Below are positions 8,878-15,900 of a stretch of 25,255 nt of DNA, piece by piece. A program made the position numbers and the translations under genes. The notes below the pieces were generated by a model, which was not told the DNA's origin, did not search any database, and was given only the letters and a program-made list of their open reading frames with translations. Source of the stretch: a virus (taxonomy: Duplodnaviria; Caudoviricetes); IMG/VR virus record IMGVR_UViG_3300025674_000355, positions 1 through 25,255 of that record; one strand, 5' to 3'. Positions within the stretch are counted from its first letter, which is position 1, and every line of letters begins with the position of its first letter.

Positions 8878-10189
8878 ATCCAAACCCCACATCTGCAAAG
8901 CGCGTCTGAGCGCCTATCCAGCGAGCATTGGCAGTGCCCATGCTGCCATGCCTATTCTTCAGCACCAGCACTTCAGCCAGCGTCTGATCAGCGTCTGCCT
9001 CATAATAGCCTTCACGATAGAGCGCCAGCACCACATCAGCATCTTGCTCAATGTCGCCTGACTCTTTCAGATCGCTCATCTTTGGGTGCTTGTCTCGCCT
9101 GTTCTCACACTCCCTGTTCAGCTGGCTCAGCAGCAACACAGGGCAGTGATGGTCTTTGGCAATCGCCTTGCAAGCCCATGATCCAGCACCCACACGCTCA
9201 GCCCGATTGGCTGTGCCTGTGTCTGGTGCGCTCAGGCGCTGCAAGTAATCCACAGCCACCAGGGCTGGCTGGCCATGCTTGCGAGCAAAGGCGCGCACCC
9301 TTGACGCAAGCTCAGCTGGTGTCACATTGCTGGCATCGTCGATGTGCAGTGGCAGCTTGGCGAGCCTGGCAGACGCTTGCAGGATGGCAGACCAGTGCGT
9401 CTGGCTCAGGCGCCATGGCTCTCTGATCAGGCCAGCATCCACCCTGGCTTCAAGCGCCAGCGCCCTCTCGCCAAGCCCCTTGCCTGTCATTTCAAGGCTT
9501 GCGATGTAGACAGGCCCTTTGAGTGCAGCTGTCAAGCACAGCTGAAGCATCATGGCAGTCTTGCCCATGCCAGGCCTGGCAGCGAGCACATAAAGCCTGG
9601 TGGCTTCAAGCGCGCCAATGAAGCCATCAAGCTCAGCAAAGCCTGTTTTGATGCCAGCTGGTGCCTCTCGCTTGCTGCGCTCTTCAATCTCGACAAAGAC
9701 ACTTTGCATGATGCTGCCCATGCCTTGCAGCGTCGATGAAGGGGGCGCTGTGGTGTCCAGCTGCTGTGTGAGTCTGGCACCCAGCTTGACAGGATCAGCA
9801 CCAGGCGCTTCACAGCCCTCAGCCACCTGCAAGGCTGCAAAGCGCAGATCTCTAAGGCGCGCCAGCTGCATGATCGTCTGAGCGTGCTTGCTGGCATGGG
9901 CAGGGATTGCGCCACCCATGGCAGACCATGACGCCAGATCACGCAAGTGCTCATCTCTGGTGGGTGCGCTTGCTTGCAGCGCCTGCCACAGGGTCACTTC
10001 ATCAACAGGCTCTGAGCCAAGTCTGAGCGCCACCAGGGCCTGCCATGCTCGCCTGTGAAGTGGCGCCCAGAAGTCAGTGGCCTGCAAGCCATCAGCCACC
10101 AGCTGATCAATCTGGTCTGGATCAGCGAGCATGGCGCCAAGCAGGCAGCGCTCTGAGTCAAGGCTTTTGATGCTGTCTGCCATCTTCAT
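8870..10189 (-). CDS. dnaB: Replicative DNA helicase, DnaB family
   Basis: SERCLLGAML N-term, LAARPGMGKT Walker A, SLEM, VDYLQ, LSQLNR, SDLKESGDIEQDADVV, KNRHG. Confidence 0.97.
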   Translation of the reverse strand: MKMADSIKSLDSERCLLGAMLADPDQIDQLVADGLQATDFWAPLHRRAWQALVALRLGSEPVDEVTLWQALQASAPTRDEHLRDLASWSAMGGAIPAHASKHAQTIMQLARLRDLRFAALQVAEGCEAPGADPVKLGARLTQQLDTTAPPSSTLQGMGSIMQSVFVEIEERSKREAPAGIKTGFAELDGFIGALEATRLYVLAARPGMGKTAMMLQLCLTAALKGPVYIASLEMTGKGLGERALALEARVDAGLIREPWRLSQTHWSAILQASARLAKLPLHIDDASNVTPAELASRVRAFARKHGQPALVAVDYLQRLSAPDTGTANRAERVGAGSWACKAIAKDHHCPVLLLSQLNRECENRRDKHPKMSDLKESGDIEQDADVVLALYREGYYEADADQTLAEVLVLKNRHGSMGTANARWIGAQTRFADVGFGYE

Positions 10190-11088
10190 GCATCACCCCC
10201 AAAGAGAATTGAGCGATCCAGCGATGCCAGCGCAGCTGCTGTGCGCGCGCGCCTGGCCTGCTTCTCTTCTTCAGTCTCAGGGGGTGGTGGCTTTGGCGCT
10301 GGCTGGCTTGAAGGTCTGCGCATATCCCTGCCCCTGGTGAGGCTGGCAGGGTACAAGGCGCGCTTGACTTGCTCTTTTGTCCATGGCGCCTCATCGCCTT
10401 TGGCTTTCCGGAGCTCAGCGAAGAAGAGCCCCCTGGCGTTGCCAATGTCTTTGGTGCCAACAGCCAGCGCAGTTTCACCCAGACAGTGGCTCAGCATGTC
10501 TTCAGTGACATCAAGCCTGACTCGCCTGAGCTGAGCCAGCGTTGGCAGCGAGCCCACACCCACTACTTCACTCCAAACATCCTGCCAGCCAGCCAGGCGC
10601 TCAGCCTTGGCTTCTTTGCTGGCGATGTGTGCCACTTCGCTTGCTTGCTCTCTTCTTTGTCTCTTCTTTATTTCTTCGTGGGTATCCATTTGGGGGTGGT
10701 GTTGGGTATCCATTTGGGGGTGGTGTTGGGTATCCATTTGGGGTGGGTATTCATTTGGGGTGGGTATCCATTTGGGAGTGGTGGTGGGGTCTGATTTAGG
10801 GGTGGTGGTGGGGTCTGATTTGGGGGTGGTCAGCTGATAGCTTGAAGGCTTGCCAGGGCGCTTGATGCGCTTGATGTAACCAAGGTCTTCAAGTGCGCTC
10901 AGCGCCTTTGAGACAGTCTTGATATTCAGCCTGGCGCCTTTGGCAATGGCTGTGACTGATGGGTGCACAGTTGGCAGATAGGTGGTGAGCACAAACAAGG
11001 TGAGCTTGTGTGATGCGCTCAGGCGCTGATCATCTCTGATGATGCGCTGATAGTCATAGGTCTTGACTGGCTTTGTGGGGTTGATCAC
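10186..11088 (-). CDS. Replication initiator (lambda O-like, N-terminal winged HTH) with internal iterons
   Basis: HPSVTAIAKGARLNIKTVSKALSALEDLGYIKR wHTH; repeat-encoded linker; immediately upstream of DnaB. GGAG RBS supports GTG 11088. Confidence 0.85.
   Translation of the reverse strand: MINPTKPVKTYDYQRIIRDDQRLSASHKLTLFVLTTYLPTVHPSVTAIAKGARLNIKTVSKALSALEDLGYIKRIKRPGKPSSYQLTTPKSDPTTTPKSDPTTTPKWIPTPNEYPPQMDTQHHPQMDTQHHPQMDTHEEIKKRQRREQASEVAHIASKEAKAERLAGWQDVWSEVVGVGSLPTLAQLRRVRLDVTEDMLSHCLGETALAVGTKDIGNARGLFFAELRKAKGDEAPWTKEQVKRALYPASLTRGRDMRRPSSQPAPKPPPPETEEEKQARRARTAAALASLDRSILFGGDA
10680..10830. repeat. Iteron array, putative replication origin
   Basis: Five GGGTAT(C/T)CATTTGGG units start at 10680, 10704, 10728, 10745 and 10762. 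Two GGGGTCTGATTT(A/G)GGGGTGGT units start at 10786 and 10810. A pyrimidine/AT-rich tract lies at ~10648-10678. Confidence 0.85.
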
Positions 11089-11112
11089 AATGATCTCCAA
11101 GTTTTGAGTTTT

Positions 11113-11158
11113 CACCAATGGCGTGCCGGGCTGCAACCCACATGGCGCGCCATTGGTG
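11113..11158. promoter_or_regulatory. Intergenic inverted repeat (15-bp arms) upstream of the initiator gene
   Basis: CACCAATGGCGTGCC ... GGCGCGCCATTGGTG, 14/15 Watson-Crick pairs; no following U-tract on either strand. Confidence 0.6.
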
Positions 11159-11165
11159 TATCAGG

Positions 11166-11516
11166 CTACACACCTGCCTTATCGCTGGCAAGCCTGGTGG
11201 CTGCTTTGAATTTGACTGCAATGCCAGCGTTTAAAGCTGAGCGCCTGTGGTATCCCCACCACTTATAGTCATCAAGGCGATACCACAGGCCAGACATGCC
11301 CTTGGCATATTTTGGAATCCAGACAAGCTCAGCGCTGCCATCAGCAGCCCACTTCACACTGATATAGCTTTTTCGCACTGGCGCCCTGTATTGCTGGCGC
11401 TTCTGCCAGCGCAGCCCCCACACATAGTGTCTGGTGGCTTCATCCTTCTCAGACTTGCCAAGCTTCTCAGGCCCTTTGTGTGGCCTGTGGTCTTTGATGG
11501 TGGTCAGATCAATCAT
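11166..11516 (-). CDS. Hypothetical basic, Trp/Tyr-rich protein
   Basis: MIDLTTIKDH... start overlaps the Cro-like gene stop; 116 aa. Confidence 0.65.
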   Translation of the reverse strand: MIDLTTIKDHRPHKGPEKLGKSEKDEATRHYVWGLRWQKRQQYRAPVRKSYISVKWAADGSAELVWIPKYAKGMSGLWYRLDDYKWWGYHRRSALNAGIAVKFKAATRLASDKAGV

Positions 11517-11760
11517 TGTCCAGATCCTTGCAGAAGTCAGCAGCTGCGCTGGCGCACTTGCCATCAGGGTCAAGCAGGTTGGCAAGCTCAATGCCAGTGA
11601 TCAGCGAGACCACCAGCGCCACATCAGCGCGCCATGGGGTGCGTCCTGACAGATAATCGTAAAGGCTCTGTGTGGCGCACCCAGCTGCCTGAGCCAGCTG
11701 AGCCACTGAGCGATCATTGAAGGCCAGCCATGCCTTGATCTTCTTCCTCTGTGTCTTCAT
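11509..11760 (-). CDS. Cro/XRE-family HTH regulator
   Basis: SVAQLAQAAGCATQSLYDYLSGRTP HTH; GGAGGG RBS before ATG 11760; first gene of the leftward unit at a divergent promoter region. Confidence 0.85.
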   Translation of the reverse strand: MKTQRKKIKAWLAFNDRSVAQLAQAAGCATQSLYDYLSGRTPWRADVALVVSLITGIELANLLDPDGKCASAAADFCKDLDND

Positions 11761-11792
11761 CTCAATGCCCTCCATTCATCGGCACACCCACT

Positions 11793-11821
11793 TAAATGCC
11801 AATGGCCTTGCATGCTGTCAA
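11793..11821 (-). promoter_or_regulatory. Leftward sigma70-like promoter for the Cro/replication operon
   Basis: TTGACA (11821-11816), 17 nt ending TGG, then weak -10 CATTTA; back-to-back with the rightward promoter. Confidence 0.5.
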
Positions 11822-11830
11822 CCCACTTCG

Positions 11831-11916
11831 ATTATTTTCCATTATTCTGTTGACAGTGGGGATAGGTGGGTTTAGATTGTTCACATGGCAGGGCAATGGA
11901 GCCCATCACCAAAGGA
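11831..11916 (+). promoter_or_regulatory. Rightward early promoter/leader module, copy 1
   Basis: AT-rich UP-like tract, TTGACA 11850-11855, 17 nt, TAGATT 11873-11878, hairpin GGGC-AATGGA-GCCC 11891-11904, RBS AAAGGAG. Confidence 0.85.
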
Positions 11917-11922
11917 GCCATC

Positions 11923-12660
11923 ATGGACTACACACTTTCACAACTGCTTGAGACCTCAGCCACCCTTCTCAACGTCATGGTGCAAGCCTTCATCAAGACT
12001 GGCACTGTCAAGCAGGCTCGCTTGCAGGCGCTCAATGGCCTGTGGTCAAAGGTCAATGGCCAGACCTTTCTGCGCTTTGAAGAGATCGGCGGCTGCGCCG
12101 AGCTCCACATTGGCCATGACTTGACCCTCTACAGTGACGGCCTGGTGATGGCGCGCTGTGCTGGCCAGTGGGTGAACATCTCTGATGACATCCTGCCTGA
12201 CACTGAAGACATCGTTGCGCAGTGGTGGGCGGACACCATGACCACTGAAGACACTGAAGATGATGCTGCTGAGCTTGAAGCTGAAGCCATCCTGATGGCA
12301 GCGGCGCCAGCGTATGAAGTGGATGGTGTGCCTGGTGTCTTTGTGCGCAGTCGCACTGATGCGCAGAAGGCCTATTCAGTGGTGGGTGGCAAGGCTTGCA
12401 ACTGTCCTGCCCATCGTAAGTGCTGGCACTTGAGCGCTGCTGAGCTTGCGCCAGCATGGGAGTTTGCAGCGCGCAGCCTCTACGCTGCGCTCAGCCCTGA
12501 GTTCACCCCAAAGACTCGCGCACAGACTGTGGCCAGCATGTGGCGCCAGACGCTGGATCAGGCGCCCACCATCAGGCGTGGCAAGGTGGATGTGGTGTCT
12601 GCTATTCGCCAGTTCAGCGCAGATGCCAGCGCAGTCATCACTGAGCTTGCCAAGGATTGA
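11923..12660 (+). CDS. Acidic early protein with SWIM-type zinc finger
   Basis: AAAGGAG RBS before ATG 11923; YSVVGGKACNCPAHRKCWHL fits CxC-xn-CxH. Confidence 0.75.
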   Translation: MDYTLSQLLETSATLLNVMVQAFIKTGTVKQARLQALNGLWSKVNGQTFLRFEEIGGCAELHIGHDLTLYSDGLVMARCAGQWVNISDDILPDTEDIVAQWWADTMTTEDTEDDAAELEAEAILMAAAPAYEVDGVPGVFVRSRTDAQKAYSVVGGKACNCPAHRKCWHLSAAELAPAWEFAARSLYAALSPEFTPKTRAQTVASMWRQTLDQAPTIRRGKVDVVSAIRQFSADASAVITELAKD

Positions 12661-12890
12661 AGATGATGTGTGCCACGTGTGGCGCTGTGGGGCTGGACAC
12701 CAGCCCCCACTTCAAGGGCCAGCTGCTGAGCGCTTCACTGTGGGCGCTCGAAGCTGGCAAGGGCACTCAGCGCGCCTGGCACCCCAGATCAAGACAGATC
12801 ATCACAGGGCACATTGTGCCCATCTTGCAGGCATCAAAGGGGGCGCTGCTTGTGAGACTCATACACCAATGCCCACCACCAAAGGAATGA
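12657..12890 (+). CDS. Hypothetical small protein (CxxC at N-terminus)
   Basis: Fills the gap with 4-nt overlaps at both ends; MMCATCG. Confidence 0.55.
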   Translation: MKMMCATCGAVGLDTSPHFKGQLLSASLWALEAGKGTQRAWHPRSRQIITGHIVPILQASKGALLVRLIHQCPPPKE

Positions 12891-12892
12891 CC

Positions 12893-13870
12893 ATGCTAAA
12901 GATCAGCACCATTCTCACGATTCATCAGATGGCAAGCGATGCCATCAAAGAACTGAAGCAGGCTCCATGCCAGCCACACAGCGAGCACCAGACGCTGATT
13001 GATGCCCTGGTGGATGTGCGAGACATCAGCGCCAGCCTTGGTGGCCAGCTGGCCTGGCAACAGGCCTTGAAGAGCTCTTCAGCGCCTGAGCCTGCCAGCG
13101 AGCCAGCGCCAGCGCCAGCGCCTGAGCCTGATCCACTGCCACAGCCTGATGTGGCGCTGGCGCCTGGTGTGTCTCACCAGGCGCTTCTGAGGCTTGCACA
13201 GATCGCCTTGCCTGAGCCTGCCAGCGCGCCAGCGCCTGCCAGCAAGCGCGCCACCACTGATGACTGGCTTGATGCTGGGTCAAAGGCAGTGCAGAAGCGC
13301 AAGCCAGGCGAGCCATCCACCAAGGCGATCCTATCAGTGATCAGGGTTTATGCCACTCAGCCTGAAGGGGTCATGGTGGGTGATGTCATCAAGGCAGATA
13401 AGGTCAAGGTGGCAAGGCATCTGGGGTGCAGCAAGTCACAGGTGCAGAAGATCAATCGCTGGCTGAAGCTCGCTGGCCTGATCAGGCCTGCAAATGATGA
13501 TAACCCATGGGCCTCAGATGGCTGTCATTGGATCTTGACCCTGCCTGATACAAAGCCCACAGCCATCACCAGGCCAGACTGGCTGGCTTGCGCGCTGAAG
13601 TCACTGGCCAGGCGCAAGACTGGTGAAGCAGACCCTGAGGCCTTGAAGGCGATCATTGGCGCCTGTGCCAGGCTCGCCAAGTGGCAGGGGGCTGATCTTC
13701 AAGTGGTGGCAAGCGCTGCCACTTTCGCCAAAGAAGCAGACATCAGCACCAGCACAGCAATCAGATGCATTTACTGGCTGCGCTCAAAGGGGCTGGCATC
13801 GACAAAACAGGCGCCCACAAAGCAGAAGCCCATCAAGATGGCCTTGACCATGCCAGGGGGTGCGCAATGA
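12893..13870 (+). CDS. Protein with Pro/Ala linker and two tandem winged-HTH-like repeats
   Basis: Start trimmed to ATG 12893 (or 12887) after AAAGGA. Internal duplication: DWL...KRKPGE...VARHLGCSKSQVQKINRWLKLAGLI and DWL...RRKTGE...FAKEADISTSTAIRCIYWLRSKGLA. Confidence 0.7.
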   Translation: MLKISTILTIHQMASDAIKELKQAPCQPHSEHQTLIDALVDVRDISASLGGQLAWQQALKSSSAPEPASEPAPAPAPEPDPLPQPDVALAPGVSHQALLRLAQIALPEPASAPAPASKRATTDDWLDAGSKAVQKRKPGEPSTKAILSVIRVYATQPEGVMVGDVIKADKVKVARHLGCSKSQVQKINRWLKLAGLIRPANDDNPWASDGCHWILTLPDTKPTAITRPDWLACALKSLARRKTGEADPEALKAIIGACARLAKWQGADLQVVASAATFAKEADISTSTAIRCIYWLRSKGLASTKQAPTKQKPIKMALTMPGGAQ

Positions 13871-14214
13871 AGACAGCCCCACTTTATGACTACATTGCCA
13901 CTGCCCTGAGGCAGGGCGCTGAGCTGATGGCTGAGTGCGACGATGGCGCACAGCAGAAGAAGGCCTGCCAGCATGTGGCGCACTGGCTCCAAGTGCTAGA
14001 GCTGCCAGCCAAGCTGAAGAGCGCTTCAGCCTTCAAGCACACCATTTACATCAAGGGCATTGGCTGGCTTGACTGGCATGATGGCCTCTGGCGCCTGTGT
14101 GGCCTTGATAGGGCAGGACAGGGCTTTGCAGCCTATGGGCTCAGGGCCTGTGCGCAGATGATCTTTGAGCTTAACTTGAGTCAACAGCCTGAGTCTGAGG
14201 CATTGACACACTGA
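13867..14214 (+). CDS. Hypothetical protein
   Basis: MKTAPLYDY... start in an ATGA overlap with the upstream stop; 115 aa. Confidence 0.65.
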   Translation: MKTAPLYDYIATALRQGAELMAECDDGAQQKKACQHVAHWLQVLELPAKLKSASAFKHTIYIKGIGWLDWHDGLWRLCGLDRAGQGFAAYGLRACAQMIFELNLSQQPESEALTH

Positions 14215-14677
14215 CACGCCTGGCCAAGGTGGATGGCTCAGCCCACCTTGGCCTTCAAAGCTCAAAGGGGTGGTGCTCACCACCGACAGCTGAGCCTATG
14301 CGCTGAAGAGACCTTCTGAGGGGCAGTGCCTCAGCAGCGCCTTGATCTGGCAGATGCATCGCTTCTTATCCTTTGGTGGGTGATGGGCTGGCAGATCAGC
14401 TTTCAAGCAATGCCAGCGCCCACAGTGGCATCGCACACTTTGCTGATCACTTTCTTGATTGGCATTCAATATGGAACCATGATCCTGTGGGCTTGTCCCC
14501 TTGGCAGGCCAGCTGCCACACAGTGCAAGCCTGTGCAAGGGGCCTGGTGCTGATGGTGCTTGCGCTTGATCGGCCAGTGTCTCTGATGTCACAACTAGGG
14601 ACCGGACAGATCATCAGCTTAAGAGCGATGTGATCAAGTGCATCACCTGAAGCGCCCTTTGCTGTGAGGGGCTGCCC
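14215..14677 (+). ncRNA. Candidate structured non-coding RNA or long regulatory leader
   Basis: Largest gap without a convincing ORF, containing serial stems at 14222-14253, 14260-14295, 14300-14340, 14384-14422, 14497-14542, 14549-14618 and 14654-14672. No family recognised; strand is tentative (G-U pairs favour +). Confidence 0.45.
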
Positions 14678-15367
14678 ATGCTGAAAGTGCCACTGAGCCC
14701 TGAAGAGATCGCCACCATCAAAGCACGCACCCTGGCTGGCGAGCCCACAGGCCAGATTGCCAAAGCCCTTGGCAGATCCACCAGGGCTGTCAATCGAGTA
14801 AAGCAAGCCCTTGGCCTTGGCTCGCCAGCCCCAAAGGTCAAGGCCATGTCAGATGCTGAGATTGACCACATTGGCAGGCTGTGCAAGCAGGGCCTGAGTG
14901 TGCCTGAGATTGTGAAGATCTCCAAGCGCAGCCCATCAAGTGTGCTTAGAGCCATCAGGCTCAAAGGCTTGAAGCCACTGAAGCAGATGCATGGCGAGTC
15001 TGAGCGTTGCAGGCTCAGGGCGCTGAGCTTTGTTGCCCTTGGCTACCCATCAGCCAAAGTGGCCAAGCTGTGTGGTGTGACTCAGGATCAAGTCAAGCAA
15101 TGGATGAAGGCAGACACTGACATCAGCCTGCCAAAGCAGATGCCAAAGCACATCAGGGGCTGGCGCCTGGTGGAAATCGTAGAAGGCGCTGAAAGCTGGC
15201 AGGATGAAGACAGTGGCTTGCAGGCTACTGTGGCAAGGCGCATAAGAAGAGAATGGCGCTTGCTTGATCCATGGTCTGAAGAGATCTTCATCACCAGGCA
15301 GGCTGCGCTTGATAGAGCCAGGGGCCTGATCCATGACACAAGACAGCATCACCACACTGATCATTGA
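14678..15367 (+). CDS. Triple-HTH DNA-binding protein
   Basis: Three HTH repeats: GEPTGQIAKALGRSTRAVNRV, GLSVPEIVKISKRSPSSVLRAI, GYPSAKVAKLCGVTQDQVKQW. GAGGGG RBS. Confidence 0.75.
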   Translation: MLKVPLSPEEIATIKARTLAGEPTGQIAKALGRSTRAVNRVKQALGLGSPAPKVKAMSDAEIDHIGRLCKQGLSVPEIVKISKRSPSSVLRAIRLKGLKPLKQMHGESERCRLRALSFVALGYPSAKVAKLCGVTQDQVKQWMKADTDISLPKQMPKHIRGWRLVEIVEGAESWQDEDSGLQATVARRIRREWRLLDPWSEEIFITRQAALDRARGLIHDTRQHHHTDH

Positions 15368-15845
15368 AGGCCAGCCTGTGGCCTATATGAGACCTCGCGC
15401 AGCTGCCAGGGGCAGAAAGGCCACAGTCTATACACCAGCCAAGCTTGAACAGTGGTATCAATCCAGCGCTGTGCAGCTGCGCATTCAATGGGGCGCCACA
15501 CCACCACTGACAGACCCGCTCAGGGTTGATGTGGTGGCTGTGTGTGCAAGGCCAGCGAGCCTGCCAGCGAGCCTCAAAAGCATTGGCTTTACCTCAGCCA
15601 GCTGGCGCGCTTGCGCTGAGCGCACACCAAAGCTCACAGCGCCTGATGCTGATAACTTCTTAAAGAGCGCCCTTGATGCGCTGCAAAGGGGTGGGGTGAT
15701 CCATGATGATCGCCTGGTGGTGGATGCCAGGGTGGTCAAGTGCCATGCTGCGCCTGGTGAAGAGCCACACCTTGAAGTCACCTTACATCAAGCCAGTCAG
15801 AATATTTTCCAATATTCTGTTGACAATGGGGATAGGTGGGCTTAA
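15333..15845 (+). CDS. rusA: RusA-family Holliday junction resolvase
   Basis: IEGQPVAYMRPR, VYTP, and catalytic PDADNFLKSALDAL...IHDDRLVV...K motif. Confidence 0.92.
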   Translation: MTQDSITTLIIEGQPVAYMRPRAAARGRKATVYTPAKLEQWYQSSAVQLRIQWGATPPLTDPLRVDVVAVCARPASLPASLKSIGFTSASWRACAERTPKLTAPDADNFLKSALDALQRGGVIHDDRLVVDARVVKCHAAPGEEPHLEVTLHQASQNIFQYSVDNGDRWA

Positions 15846-15893
15846 ACATGAATCATTGATGTGGGCAATGGAGCCCACATCACACCAAAGGAT
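15798..15893 (+). promoter_or_regulatory. Rightward early promoter/leader module, copy 2
   Basis: Palindrome CAGAATATT-TTCC-AATATTCTG, TTGACA 15820-15825, 17 nt, TAAACA(T), 10-bp hairpin TGATGTGGGC-AATGGA-GCCCACATCA 15857-15882, RBS AAAGGA. Confidence 0.8.
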
Positions 15894-15900
15894 TCAACCC

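Noticed and set aside
10680-10830. Repeat array as CRISPR
   Set aside because: Units are tandem without unique spacers and lie inside an initiator gene; iterons fit better.
12446-12886. N-terminal extension of the 474-aa ORF (likewise 15703-15900, 20696-20842, 2465-2551)
   Set aside because: Overlaps real upstream genes; better-supported downstream starts exist.
14203-14231. TTGACA as promoter for the candidate ncRNA
   Set aside because: No -10-like hexamer at 16-18 nt spacing.
14326-14553. 75-aa hydrophobic ORF in the structured intergenic region
   Set aside because: GTG start only ~2 nt from the SD-like sequence and buried in a stem, with no coupling to neighbours. Not excluded, but not called.
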